Source: Enoplolaimus lenunculus | Lineage: Eukaryota | Assembly: GCA_030248215.1 (NCBI GenBank) | Contig: JASANG010001414.1 | Span: 1-64,000 of the forward strand | Length of the DNA stretch: 64,000 nt | Reading direction: 5' to 3' | Shown here: in pieces, positions 13,478 through 26,402 of the stretch | How the letters are laid out: each line of letters opens with the position of its first letter | Numbering within the stretch: position 1 is the stretch's first letter | Translations under genes and position numbers: made by a program | Notes under the pieces: generated by a model | What the model saw: the letters and a program-made list of their open reading frames with translations, nothing else | The model's database searches: none | Told to the model about the DNA's origin: nothing

Positions 13478-13775
13478 ACTGCTAAAATATTTGTGCATTG
13501 GTTTACTCACTAAAAATATGCTTAAAATTAAGTAAAACTGTTGCCGAATTAAGCGCCGGTTTTACTTATTATGGTGCTTGGCAAAGTTTTACTTAATTTT
13601 AAGCAAATACAAAATTCTTAGTTTTACATTTACTTAATTAATCAGCAAATATGACAGCAGTAGTTTTACTTATTTACATTATTTCTGGAAAGATTTACTC
13701 AATATATATTTAGCACACTTTTACTTAAAAAAGTGAAATATAACTAAAGTATTTTAAGTAGAGTGTTTTTACATG
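13478..13775. repeat. AT-rich dispersed repeat with TTTACTTA motifs; second copy at ~21498-21770
   Basis: Shared tactcactaaaaatat...atggtgcttggcaaagttttacttaatt...gtgtttttac. Confidence 0.7.
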
Positions 13776-13881
13776 GTAACAAATTTTGCTTTCAAATATT
13801 AACACCAAAATTTAGTATGCTAATTTGTTTTTCTTTGGTTTTATAAACACCCAACTGTCCTGGTTCGTAAAATATTAATTT

Positions 13882-14079
13882 GGCCAATGTAAAGGACAGG
13901 GGCGGAACCGTATTATAAGCATATTCCTAAGCCTAAGCCTAATCGTAAGAATGAGCACAATTCCTAAGCCCAAGCCTAGGCCTAAGTTTAAGCCAAGCAA
14001 AAAAAATTAGTCTAAAGCTTAAGCTTACTCTATTGCTGTCGCACCGAAAAACGTTCCGCTCCTGATCTTTACATGAGGT
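13882..14079 (-). mobile_element. TTAGGC-bearing Merlin-like MITE (A1)
   Basis: TSD attaattt/aataattt; internal CCTAAG array. Confidence 0.8.
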
Positions 14080-14244
14080 AATAATTTAGGTAAGGTATTT
14101 CGACTGTTGCCGTTTTTTTCAAATGGCGTGTCTTTTATATTATTATCGCTTGGGAAAATAGGAACAAAGCAAACAGTTGTTTGAATACTGGCTAACAAAC
14201 TTTCATCATTTGTTGCAACTCATATGCGTTTTGTGCTTCTGTCG

Positions 14245-14752
14245 CGCACGTAGCCAGATTGGTGCAGGGGGTTGAGAAGTAAGCCTCTCTCGACGATTTG
14301 TTGGTCTGCCTAGAAAATTGTCAACCTTGCTTGTAAGTCGTCGAAATACCTTGTATGCCCATCCTGAACCGTTTTTAGCCCCCTCCCAGCAAGGTTAACT
14401 GGCTACGGACCTAGCTGCTGTTGATATCCATGATATAAAAAATGATTGTAATACCGAACGTAATAAAATACAATTACCGCGCAAATCCGAACCAGCAGCT
14501 ATCTCAGATCATTAGGGCCTAATGCCATTTTAGCATGAGCATGTGGTTAAGCGGTTTTAACTTCACAAGACTTAATAGTATGCCCGTAGCCAGCTCACCT
14601 TGCTAGGGGCGTTAAAAAATTTTCAGAAGGGACATTCAAGATTTGTTCAATGAGTTACAAGAGTTACAAGCAAGGTTAAAAATTCTCTAGGGGGGGGGCA
14701 AAATTTTGCAGGGGACTCCGCCCCCTGGCTCCCACCCCTCTGGCTACGGGTC
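14245..14752. mobile_element. Two inverted copies (~14245-14412 and ~14580-14752) of a hAT-like MITE with CGTAGCCAG termini
   Basis: cgtagccag ... ctggctacgg termini; shared aaccttgcttgtaa / ttacaagcaaggtt. Confidence 0.6.
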
Positions 14753-15192
14753 CGCTCACAAGTAACATTTTTCTAAGGGATGCCAAGATATTTTGTCGCC
14801 TGAAACCAACTTAAAAAGTTATGTTTATTAAAAACCCAACCCGCAACAATCATAACTGGAGCCAGCTGCATATGTATTCCACATACCGTTTATTGACAGA
14901 CACATTTTGTAAACATGTGCGCGAACTAGCAAGATGGAACAACTAACAACGCTAACGACGCTACTAAGAGACACAGGAACGCAACTGGGGGTGGCTGACC
15001 GGGGCGCCCCTGCGTACATCTCTACCCTCCCTGGCTGAATGTTTTCTCGATAGTAATAAAAGAATTTTGTGTTAAAATAATTTCCATGGTCATCTGGAAA
15101 TGTTCTTGCTCCGTCTGTTAGAATAAAATCGTTTATGCAGTACTTTATTTATTATGAGACTTTAGTCTGACCAGTAACACATTGAAGTAAAC

Positions 15193-15399
15193 GGCCCATG
15201 TAAAGATCAGGGGCGGAATGTTTTTCTGTGGGACTAGAATAGAGTATGCTTAAGGTTCAAACTAATTATTTTGTCTGGCTTATGCTTAGACTTAGGCTTA
15301 GGCTTAGGAATCTGCTCATTCGTACGCTTACGTTTAGGCTATGGCTTAGGCTTAGGAATATGTTTATAATACTGTTCCGCCCTGTTCTTTACATTGGCC
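15193..15399 (+). mobile_element. TTAGGC-bearing Merlin-like MITE (A1)
   Basis: TIR ggcccatgtaaagatcaggggcggaa / ttccgccctgttctttacattggcc; perfect TSD aagtaaac (15185-15192, 15400-15407). Confidence 0.92.
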
Positions 15400-15732
15400 A
15401 AGTAAACCAAAGCTTCATTTTGGATCTATATATACGATTATTCATATATCGAGCTTACCCTGGTTTTAATTAAAAGGAACAATAAAATTATCTGTTTTTA
15501 GATCCCCTCTAAGCAATTCCAGGGTTAAATACCTTTGATACAGTGCAAAAATCCAACTAAGCGTCCATGCACGCACTTAATACCGCTAAATATACGCATT
15601 TTAGACATTTTATTGGACTCAATTTGACAGAAATATAACTGATTAAACCCGTCGAAAGCTGTCAAAGGCTCGAAATACGATATTTTAAGAGTAAAATCGT
15701 GAACGAACTGTTCTGTCTTTGTTAAAAAGTAG

Positions 15733-15938
15733 GGCCAATGTAAAGAACAGGGGCGAAACTGTATACGCATATTCCTAGGCCTAAGCCTAAGCGTAAGCCT
15801 AAACCTAAGCGTAAGGATGAGCATATTCCTAAGCATAAGCCTAAGCCTAAGCCAAGTAAAAAAATTCAGTCTAAAGCTTAAGCTTACACTTTTCTAGTCC
15901 CACAAAAAAACGTTCCGCCGCTGATCTGTACATGGGCC
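15733..15938 (-). mobile_element. TTAGGC-bearing Merlin-like MITE (A1)
   Basis: TSD aaaagtag/aaaattag; both TIRs intact. Confidence 0.9.
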
Positions 15939-18273
15939 AAAATTAGGTATTGGAATTATTAAACAGAAGATGTCGCAATATCATGTTATAGTTACCACTT
16001 GTCACTGTCATATATTCAAATCTACCTTGAGAGTCCACATGTGGAAAAAAGCTTTCAAACTGCAGACGTTTTAGTTTGGATTTTAGAGCAATTAATTATA
16101 TGAAATTAGATTACTTTCTCAACCCAGCTGATCGGTTAACATTACTAATTCAGAAAATTTTGAATTTATTGCTAATTTAAGAATGAAAGTGCTAAAACAT
16201 CATGGTATTTGGTTACATAATATGTTGGTTAGGGATGAAGTTTGGATCTTAGACGTAGGTGTTTGTTAACGATTTGGCATAAGAAATTGTATTAATTTTA
16301 GATTACAGTAATTGCTAGAGAAGCAAAAATGTTGGTATATCCGCATATTTTAATGCGGGTAATTTTTAAATTTAAATTTATGTTAATTTGCTTAAACTTC
16401 AGATAAATCTAGAGCAATAAATATCAAATGTTATAGTAGTCAAGGTTGCATATAACGGGGCATGAGATCACATGTTACCTCCCGAAACTTCTGCAGACGT
16501 GATGAAAAATGTTCATTTTTAGGACTTATATTAATAACCTGCTAGATTCTAGGGAACAACAATTATATATTTTGCTCGCTGTAATGCATAGAAGATTTTA
16601 GCCTTGCGATTTAAGCTCCTAGAAATGCCAGTCCTAATAGCCGTACATAAACGTGGAGCCATTTCCATTTTAGTCTATTAATGAAATGCTTTTGTGTAGA
16701 GCCCAACGGGGTGCGTTTATCCCGTGTAATATATGCTGTACTATCATCAATCAACGTAAATCTCGTGACAATTGAAAAAATTAAAACCAAAACGAAGTAA
16801 GAGCTGAAATCAACAAAATGTGCGTAGGTCACCGTTTGTTAACCGAAAAATTGTTTGCAATTTACTACTAAAAGTAATCGGATTTTAAAATTGTTTGAAA
16901 TGATTAGGTAGTCATTTCGTATAAATAGATTTGACACAGATTTCGTTTTAGCTATGTGCCCGTATTCACAAATGTAGGTATATTGCAACTATCATCAGTT
17001 AATAATAGGGTTTCAAATTCAATAACTATTGCACGTTGTTGAAGTTTAAATTTACTACAGGAGTCGAGCAAAATATGTGCGAAAAATGTGCTGATTTTTG
17101 AACTTCAGAATTCAGTGGTTATAAGGCCGATAACCAACTGGCGATAGGTACTACACACATTTGAGAATACGGGTCTTGGTTAAAGTTAATCGTTTTCCCG
17201 AACAAATATTTTTCATTTCAATTGTAAGCCATTTGAATCTAGGACTCAAACCCCTTTCGGATGGACACCCTTGTGACGTAGACATTGAGTGTATGCTGCC
17301 TAGCAATAAATTTAGGGTTTCCGGATTTGTCTGAAACGTTTGTTTCTAAAGTCTCGTAAAGTGACTCCAAGAGCAAGTCTACAGTTTAATGATATTGCAA
17401 ATACGATATTAAACTAATTATCAAACTTTTATATAAAACAAGCCTTTTTCCTGCTGTCTAAAATAACTAAATCCGTTAAAAAATATAACTCGCGCTGTGT
17501 ATATCATTTTACACCACGAAATATTTTTAATACAAGTGATTCTTTCAGTAGATCGCAAAATCAACCGGTTGCACGGGCAAAATTAAATTATATACAGTGT
17601 ATCCTGGCCTGTAAATGGTTTAGGGATTTAAAAAAAGAGCCCCGAACAAACGTAATGATATGTGCAGCTGGGTCTCAAAACGAAGGAAAATCTGTTGCGC
17701 GCTATGCTAATGAGCGCAATTCTATAACTGCATTTATTTCGCATGGAATGTTAAATTTTACAAATTAGTGAAAATTATATTTTGGAACCTGGAAAGCTTT
17801 AAATTGAAATCAGATGTTCTTTTGGTAAATTTCAAAAAATAAGCCTAAACACAAGCCTCACCCTAAGCGTAAGGATGAGCCTATTCCTAAGCCTAAAAGC
17901 GTAAGGATGAGCCTATTGCTAAGCCTCAGCTTAAGCCTACGCCTAAGCATAAGCATAAGCAAAAACGTTAGCGTAAGCTTAGCTGATTATTACAGCCCGG
18001 CAGAGAAACGTTCCGGCCCTGTTCTTTATATGGGCCGAAGAGTGCAAGATAACTGTTGAAGACGCTGAAATAGTATTAATCACTTTAATAGTAAATGATA
18101 TAAAAAATTATTTAACGACACTTTAGTGGGTGGGACACACCTTCATGCGCACGAACTGGGTAATAAACTTAGACATGAACAAACTATATTTTGCCTGAAA
18201 ATCATAATATAGCCACCGCTAGCTATGCAATTAATGACTTTTCATCTGTACAATTTTGAAATTCAAATTTTAA

Positions 18274-18531
18274 CACTTTCTCACATGAATATTTGCAATT
18301 TCACATGAAATGCAATTTCAAGGGAGATTCGAACCCCAGTCTCACGAGTGAGAGGCGTTTACGATGCCAACTGAGCTATAGGAGCTTGACACTCGAGCCC
18401 GAGGGGGCTCTCACGTCTTGTGGAGATTTTACACTGCACATATAGGTTATAACTGAAACACTGCTCACAGTGTGTATTGCTCGTACTTTATTGTATTTAG
18501 TTGCTCATAGTATACTCTATGAGTGAAACTG
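18274..18531 (-). mobile_element. piggyBac-like MITE containing a tRNA-derived segment (18321-18385, minus strand)
   Basis: TTAA on both sides; degenerate TIRs cactttctca / tgagtgaaactg; A box TAGCTCAGTTGG and B box GGTTCGAATCTC on the minus strand. Confidence 0.75.
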
Positions 18532-19452
18532 TTAAACCGAATTTTCATTCGAACTCTTTTTACCTCCGGGTTAAAATTTAGCAATCCATACCACCACCAC
18601 CAAGAGCTATTCTAAAATATTGATTATTAAAAGTGCCACTACGATGCCGCCATGACTACTCTTTGTACAGCTGTATGTATTTCAAGGGCTAATCTTTGTG
18701 CAATAAAACGCTGAGTTTAGCTGGCGTTGTGCGTTCTATCACAAGAATTTACGAATTTTAATTTAAATAGCTTTGGACTGTGTCTTCTCCTTTTTCCAAA
18801 ATACCTATGGTTTTGCTTGTTATATTGTTAGTACATTGTTCACAGCAAATGTACTGGTCGTATAGTCGCCTATTAATGCTTGAATCACTGCGACTTTGAG
18901 AAAGCATTTAATCAGTGTTGTTACTTACAAAAACAGCCGTTTCGGCCCAACTTGTGTGCTACGTTAACAATAAATCTTCTATCATTACTGGTCAGATAAC
19001 AGACCATTGATACGGCCTTTAGTGAGCGAAACTACGAGTAATGCTTCATCGGGCGGCCGAAACTGCAGTCGTACTCTAGGCGCAGAGGGTAGCGAGGTGC
19101 CGTTGGCCAAAGTTGCTGGAATGGAGCTTACTAATTGGCTGCACAAATGTGCTATAAGAGCACAGAGCTAATTTTGACGTTATTTGACTTAGCACACAAG
19201 CTCGAATGGTAAAATTGTTAAAATGGTTACAAACAAAAAATATGCCATCAAATTGCGTCAAGTTAGCCGCTAAAGGTGGAGTATCGCGTATTGTATATCT
19301 TCGGTATTTATATGCATCTGAGTCTATAGTTTAAAAATTCTAACCTAGAATATGCAAAAACTTTAATGAAAAATATTTTTCCATATTCAACACACATATT
19401 TCTTTGATAAGGACCGCGAGCGAAAACAGGAGCCAACGCCCGAGGGCGGTGA

Positions 19453-19701
19453 GGCCAATGTAAAGAACAGGAGCGAAACAATATTATAAGCATATTCCTA
19501 AGCCTAAGCCTAAGCCTAAGCCTAAGCGTAAGAATGAGCATATTCCTAAGCCTAAGCCTAAGCCTAAGCCTAAGCGTAAGAATGAGCATATTCCTAAGCC
19601 TAAGCCTAAGCCTAAGCCAAGCCAAAAAATTAGTCTAAAGCTTAAGCTTACTCTTTTCTAGTCCCACAGAAAAACGTTCCGCCCTTGATTTTTAATGGGC
19701 C
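19453..19701 (-). mobile_element. TTAGGC-bearing Merlin-like MITE (A1), young copy
   Basis: Perfect TSD ggcggtga; internal 48-bp unit CATATT(CCTAAG)5CGTAAGAATGAG repeated twice. Confidence 0.93.
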
Positions 19702-20002
19702 GGCGGTGACAAAAACTTTCATCAGAAATGGTAGAAATCAGCTCAGCATAATTAACCATTTTTTCTACGATAAATAGCTGAACAACAGCGAAGATGGCAA
19801 ATAAAACATTAATTAATTGCAGCAATTTTTAGTATAAGCACCAATTGGCAGCAAATAACATTTAATTTACTCCTGTCATCATCGCAAAAAATATCACTGA
19901 AATTTATAGCATGGTAATGCTTGTCCCGTGTCGTTTAGTTTTTGCTCCAAAGACTAAAGCTCTGATGATTTGCTTAATATTCAGTTGGTTAATGGTTCGG
20001 AT

Positions 20003-20158
20003 CAGGGGTTTAGCCAGGAGGTGTCGAAGATCAAACCTATTCGCTTTGCGACTTTAGTCCTGGAGTTGTTAGGAGTTTTTTCAGCTGATAAAACAAGCAA
20101 CCGGCTTTTGTAATTTTTATAGGACGTGACCCGATCCAAAATTCTGCTTATGTCCATG
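20003..20158. mobile_element. hAT-like MITE
   Basis: caggggtttagccagga ... ttctgcttatgtccatg; perfect 8-bp TSD gttcggat. Confidence 0.75.
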
Positions 20159-22740
20159 GTTCGGATTACTTTTCTGCGAACGAAAATGATGAAACTTCAG
20201 GAAATAACAAGTATTAATGATCTAGCTTATATTGTTAAACCTTATCCCACGCCTAAATCACTGCGCAAAGCCTGATCAACACTAGATACGTAGTCAAGGA
20301 AAATGTTTCAGTCTGGGTATTACCGGATATCCGATTCCATTTCCGGTAAAACCTAGTGTCCGTTTCCGTTTTCGTGACACCCTAGATCTCCGATCCGTAG
20401 AGCGATAAGTTTTTTGTTTCAGCGCAGCCGGAATATAACAGATACCTATAACAGAAGTGGACTATTGCACGCCATCTACTCTAAACCAATGTTAGTTTTA
20501 AATACTGGCAGAATCTCTGTTCGCTTTAACGTTACCTTGAGCGATTAACCAATCGATACAGCGCAGATTAACTAAACCGAATTTAAAAATAGTTTAATTG
20601 TCACTCGTTCCGACGTTCAGGCAATATTCGCAGTAAAAGCCTTCAAAATTACCGGTCGCAACAAATATCGATTATTAGTTGCATCCAAAATGCACTCAAG
20701 AACGGTAATACGAAAGTGAAAACTTGCTCTAGCGTTTTAGGCAAATTTGCTAACACTTAAACCGTTCCAGATTTCAGAGATCAAACGATACTTCGGTTGT
20801 TAATATTTCTCACTGTTTGAGACGGCCTGGAGGCCGTCTCTATTAAAAGCAGTTGATGTTTCGGGGTGTAAATTTTACCAAATTTGCAAAACGAAAAGAC
20901 AATAATTCCAGCTTACTTAATGAAATTTTGGTTTTCTAAGGTAAATGAAAGTTGCCAAAATTCTGCTTTCAACAACATGGAAAACAACTGAAAATTTTCG
21001 AGGGTTCATTCATAAGTGACCCCGTTAAATAAGCCCTATTTGTCCCCCCTGATTTTGAAAAACCTATTTTTGATCTTGCTGTGTTTACCATCAAGGTGAT
21101 TTGCATATTTTGAAGTAAATATGCACAATGCACGTTTGTACTTTGTTTATATGGAAAACACAAATCCACAGTACATTGTACACAAAATTTTGTCCTGGTC
21201 GGATGGCCGAAGCCGAATGGACAAGACAGTTGACTTAGGTGCTAGAGGCTATTAGTTAGGCATTTTCCGTGAAGTCTCACCGTCTTAATTATTGAGGGAA
21301 ACTTATATGGATTCCTAATTATAAGAACTACAAAAACTGTCATTTCTCGCCATTTGGCGTTTTTTGTCACTATCCATTTCGGTACTTTACTTAATGACTA
21401 TTTGTCAACAATTTATGTCTTATTCTTGATGTATATTATTTTTGCATATCTTATTTTTAAATTAAAAAATTTATAGCCATATGCAAAAACGTAACAAGTA
21501 CTCACTAAAAATATACTTAAAATTCAGTAAAACTTGCTCATTTAACTGACGGTTTTACTTACTATGGTGCTTGGCAAAGTTTTACTTAATTGTAAGCAAA
21601 TACAAAATTGTTAGCTTTATATACATTTACTTAATTAATTAGGAAATGACATCAATAGTTTTACTTATTTACATTATTTAAGCAAAGATTTCCTTAATAT
21701 TTAGTACACTTATACTTAAAAAAGTTAATAAAATATAAAACAAAGTGTTTTAAGTAAAATGTTTTTACAGAGATCGGACGCACGAAAAATGATTTGCATT
21801 ATAAACAGGAGCCCCAGTATGTGGTTATATTCAAATTCTGAATAGAAAATGTGTAGCACCCAAAGTTTGAGCCAATAACTAATTACAGAACTTTAGTGAT
21901 AATATCTGTAGGAAACATTAATTAATTCTAATTCTACTCTGGTAACTTTTTGCAGTCACATGTTACTAAAATTTGTAGGTTGCACAATTTCAGGTTATAC
22001 TGTCTCCATAAATTTTAGCGAATTGTTGCGGAAGGGTTACGCGATAAATTTAACATTTTAAGCGGTTTGGAACAACTTAGGTTCTGTAAGAATTTTTGAA
22101 AAAGCGGGCAGTTAAACGTTACTACAACACGATAAACAGATTTCTGATTAGCTATCGAAGCTGCATTTTGGCAGCGGACAGGCTAACGAGAAATGTTTAA
22201 ATAATTTGACGACAACCTACTCATAACACTCTGTTTACATATATATACTTCGTGGAAATTTCTGACGTATATTGCGAGACTCGATGGGCCGGCCACATTA
22301 ATTGTCTATTGTGGCTATAAACTCAATAGATTAAGGAAAGAAGAATGTAGTATTTTCTGGACGTTGATCTTACCCCGTCTCCATTGCCGCTTTTAGAGGC
22401 TGCTTGTTATTCGTCAAGTTTGTTGCAAAGATTTTCACAACGTTAACATATACTGTTATGCAAATTTTATTTCAGCCAACATCATTTAGTTGATTTTGAG
22501 TCTTCGAGCTACTTTGTATATATGTATGTATTTATCTATGGATGCAACTTCCACAATAACACGTAATCATTCAAAGTTCAATACCCACACTGCCTAAAAG
22601 TTGTCTAGAACGCATGCTATTGTTGCAGAAGCACAACATCGTATTTGGACAGTAAACTGAACTCTTTCGGTAAACTTTTTCGCCATTTATATTTTCTATT
22701 TCACCTGACATCGCATGTCAAGCTTTTGATTCCCCTAATA

Positions 22741-23188
22741 CTGTAGTGACCCGATTAAGAGGAACGACTGATATTTATTTGGCCTCTCAAGAGGGTGCGC
22801 CTCTGTTATTCGGTTACGGACTGTTACTTATTTTTAACCGCCTTCAGCCGCTCTTCGTTACTGATATATCAGGTATTGCTACTATCCGTCGAATTAAACG
22901 TTTTTTTCTTTTGTGTCAATAGCTTGAGAGATAATGCAAGGTTTATACTTAGGAAGGTACTTTCAAAAGTTAAGTACACTTTAAAGTTTCGAACTCAAGT
23001 TTATTTGGAGCTGCAGTCATTTATGCGCTACAACTACGGATAATTGACATTTATGGACTCTAATTAGGGTTTAGGAACTCTATCCGCTTACGGACTCTTA
23101 TTAGCGATACAGACTCCTATTGATTGGGACTCAAAATGGAAACCCCCATCTTATTACCCAAACCAACCTCTTATTCGGGTCACTACAG
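22741..23188. mobile_element. Tc1/pogo-like MITE (TIR CTGTAGTGACCCGAATAAGAGG, TA flanks)
   Basis: Near-perfect TIRs with TA on both sides; homologous copies at 23834-24285 and 37300-37528, and a degenerate one at ~34850-35200. Confidence 0.85.
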
Positions 23189-23555
23189 TATGTATATATT
23201 AATTATTAAACAATGGTGAAACCCAGGATTGTGGTTAAAAGCTTAAATTCTTATTTTTGAGTGCGCTTAGGCCGGCGCTAAATGCAATCATTTTTTCGCT
23301 CCTGAACCACAAGTTAATGACAAAGCTTTCGATATAAAATACTCAACTACTCAACTGACAAATATTATCAAGTTGCAATTTTAAATTTAATTTAAAACAC
23401 TTGAACTTCATTAGAAATTAAAATCACGTATCATCACTAATAAAATCACAAAACTGGTCGATCAAAACAACTTCAACTTTATAGCGTTGAGTAAAGATAA
23501 TTGAAAAATGGCATCGACTGCCAAGCCGTTCAAATCACAAATTCACGTTTATAAT

Positions 23556-26402
23556 TTAGCTTGGAGTTCGTTTTCCAAACCGCACTGGCACACGTGCACG
23601 TTTTTCAGAGTCGTCTAAAATAGGCAAAAAAACGCAACAACAACAACAACAATAAACGTGTGTTGCAAATTAATGAAGTGAAGACTTGCGTAAAATAGCA
23701 ATAAAATGAACGTTGCAGACCGAATTAGGATGTTGGGTGGGTCCGATGATCGCTGGCAGATGCAAATTGGTGCCATACACGCCATCGCTTTTATCACAAA
23801 AGGTATTAAAATCAAACTTTATATTAATTAGTACTGTAGTGACCCGATAATAGGAGGGACTGATATTTATTTAGTTTCTCCAGAGGGTAACCCTCTTTGT
23901 TATTCGGTTACAGACTGTTGTTTATTTTTTACCCACGCTCCGCCGCCCTTCGTTACTGATATATATCCGGTACTGCAATTTTCCGTAGAATTAAACGTTT
24001 GTCTTGTGTCAATAGCTTGAGCGATAATACTAGGTTATACTTAGGAATGTACTTTCAAAATTTAAGTACGCGTTAAAGTTTCGAACTCAAGTTATTTGGT
24101 CCTGGAGTCATTTATGCGCTACAGTTAGGGTTATTTGACATTTATGGACTCTCACTATGCTTTAGGGACTCTATCCGCTTACGGATTTTTATTAGGGATA
24201 CGGACTCCAATTGATTTGGACTCAAAACGGAGGCCTTCACCCCCTGTTATTACCCCTCCTCCACCTATTATTCAGGTCAATACAGTACTGAAACTGTGTT
24301 TTGCACAAGCTCCTCGCTTGCTTTGTTCGCATGTCTCTTTTTATATACCGCCCATCGTTAGAAAGTGCTAGATCCGCTAAGCCGGTATTTTTTGATCCAC
24401 CAGCTGAGAGCACAGATTGTAAGACCCAAAAGTCGATAATGTCGCTTTGTACAAGAGTGTGCAACTGGATACATTCTGTGTAGAAAAAAGTACCAAGCGC
24501 AAGTTGCGTTTTTGGCGTGCACCCCCCTTTTTATAGGGAGTAACAACTATTGCGAACCGTGACACTGTATGTATACGACGGAATCAAAAAAACTGCTACG
24601 CTTATAGTTTAATTTAGCAATAGCGACCTCCATCTCTAAATAACGAGGGTCGGCCAAAAACGCTTCGCTCGGTGGTACATTTTGTACCATGCGGAACCCC
24701 AAGAGTTGCATACTTTTATATCATGCACTCTTGGTAAAACCAAGAGTGCATGATACCCTTTAACAAGAGTATGCAACTGGGTACGTTTTATGTAGAAAAA
24801 ATGTATTCAGCGCGCGTTGCATTTTTGGCTTACCCACCCCCGTATTTGGGGGGTCAAAATCTCCTTCGATGTGAAATTCATGTGCTATTGTATATACTAA
24901 AATGTGGTCCGATTATATTTTCGGTGTTGGCTGGCGGATACACGTGTAAAATGACCGTATAATTGACCCCCCAAAAATGAGGGGGGTAGGCCAAAAACGC
25001 ATCGCGTGCCGGTACATTCTTTAATACACAGAATGTACCCAGTTGCACACTCTTGTTGGAGTGATCATCCACTCTTGGTAAAACTGAAAGCAAGGAATGT
25101 ACACAAGTGATGGGAATAGAGCTTGAAACTTTATTTCTTTTACGAAAGCTGTATAATGTCTTCAGATCACAAGGTAATTCCACACTGATTCGAAAAATGA
25201 TCGGGGCCTTGTTACACTGCAAAAAATGGTAAGTCAAATTGACTCTGTACGAAATAGGCTCAACGTGACTACACGATCTGAGTCAAATTTGACTCCGCCA
25301 GAGTCAAACGTGCGACTCAGTGAGTCTAATTTGACTGTAACGGAGTTGAATTTGACCAAGATTGTGTAGCCTGGTAGAGCATATTTTGGAAAGAGTCAAT
25401 GTGACTCACCATTTTTTGCAGTGTACATATTTGCATACCTTAATCTTTTGTGAGTGTAAACGGATTTGGAAGAAACAAGTTGAGTTGAAAGATAACCCGA
25501 GCAGGCGGTAATAGGTTTCAAAAACTCATACCAGATCCAAAATTAGCTTCTGTAATTTGGCAGTCATTGAATGATACTAAAACTGGTGCAAAACACATTT
25601 GAGAATGTTTACTGGCAAAGTAAATACGCTGTGTACCGTCAACTTCGTCTCTTTTGCCAAAACGAAACGCCATTCTTCCTTGTCCACGTTTATCGTATTC
25701 TGAAATATTAAAAGTGAAAAATTATTAGCTGGGGGTAACCGGAAATTGGCTGGTTTACTCGATAACTGAAATCACTTGTTTGAGACTTTAAGCCAGAAAA
25801 TTCAATTATTTGTTTCATGTCGTTGGTTGTTATTGGCATCCTCAACCGATGATTTAGCCCAATTATACCTGTAATAAGAGAATTTTATTCTGTGCTGTTA
25901 GCTGCACATACTTAACAACGCAATGATGGTCTTTAAAAATTTTAACCAGAATCACAGGTTTGCAGCCCACAATTAGGTCGATTTCCACAATTTTATTAAA
26001 AACGGTTTGTTTGCTTATCGTACCGTTTATTACAGTTCTTTGCATGGTTTTCTATCAAGCGCAGCCCTCAGCGTGTCAGGCACGTCCGCCCGCAGCCAGC
26101 TCATTTTACTTTATGGGCTAAAAGTTTTTCAAGGGGCACGCCATGGTTTCCTGATGCCTCACCAACAAGGTGAAATTGCTACAGGAAGGCCTGAACTACC
26201 CCCCCCTCGACTAACGCTGGCAACGGGTCTTGAGAGTACACCTATAGACGGTTAGATGAACCAGATTACCTGAAGTTTCCAAGTTGTATTCGTCGCGTTT
26301 GCCGTAACGAAACGGTAAGCGTCTAGCGTTCACTTCTGCCGTAATTACACACAACACGCAGACCAGAACCAGCACGAGCGACGATTTAGACATATTGTAC
26401 AT
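23556..26402 (-). CDS. FMRFamide-related (RF/RYamide) neuropeptide precursor
   Basis: Exon 26402-26270: signal peptide, RRLPFRY-GKR, DEYNLETS. Exon 25699-25637: EYD-KR-GQGRMAFRF-GKR-DEVD. Possible micro-exon 25549-25532: EANFGS. Exon 23614-23556: DDSE-KR-ARVPVRF-GKR-TPS*. All introns are GT-AG and phase 1, with amidation/cleavage sites (GKR) and acidic spacers. Further small exons may be missed. Confidence 0.88.
23834..24285. mobile_element. Tc1/pogo-like MITE in the neuropeptide-gene intron
   Basis: Homologous along its length to 22741-23188; TA flanks. Confidence 0.85.
24445..25085. mobile_element. Cluster of copies of a foldback repeat (CAAGAGTGTGCAACTGGGTACATTCTG family); others at ~10160-10412, ~39533-39760 and ~40150-40260
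   Basis: Recurrent motif caagagtgtgcaactgg(g/a)tacattctgtgtagaaaa...gttgcgtttttggcctacc in both orientations; ends at ctcttggtaaaac. Confidence 0.7.
25215..25423. mobile_element. CACTG-ended foldback MITE (intronic)
   Basis: ta|cactgcaaaaaatgg ... ccattttttgcagtg|ta. Confidence 0.88.

Noticed and set aside
18321..18385. Functional tRNA gene (also 27777-27841)
   Set aside because: The acceptor stem does not pair, the copies disagree in the anticodon arm, and they sit inside a MITE; tRNA-derived only.
19308..19625. LRLRLR / LSLSLS / LGLGLG ORFs (also at 2012, 5676, 7618, 10798, 15246, 15525, 30633)
   Set aside because: These are translations of TTAGGC hexamer arrays in MITEs; they lack splice or start context.
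23720..24376. Extra neuropeptide exons (ADLALSNDGR; DGVYGTNLHLP)
   Set aside because: Weak splice sites, and no phase-1 donor was found to rejoin the last exon.
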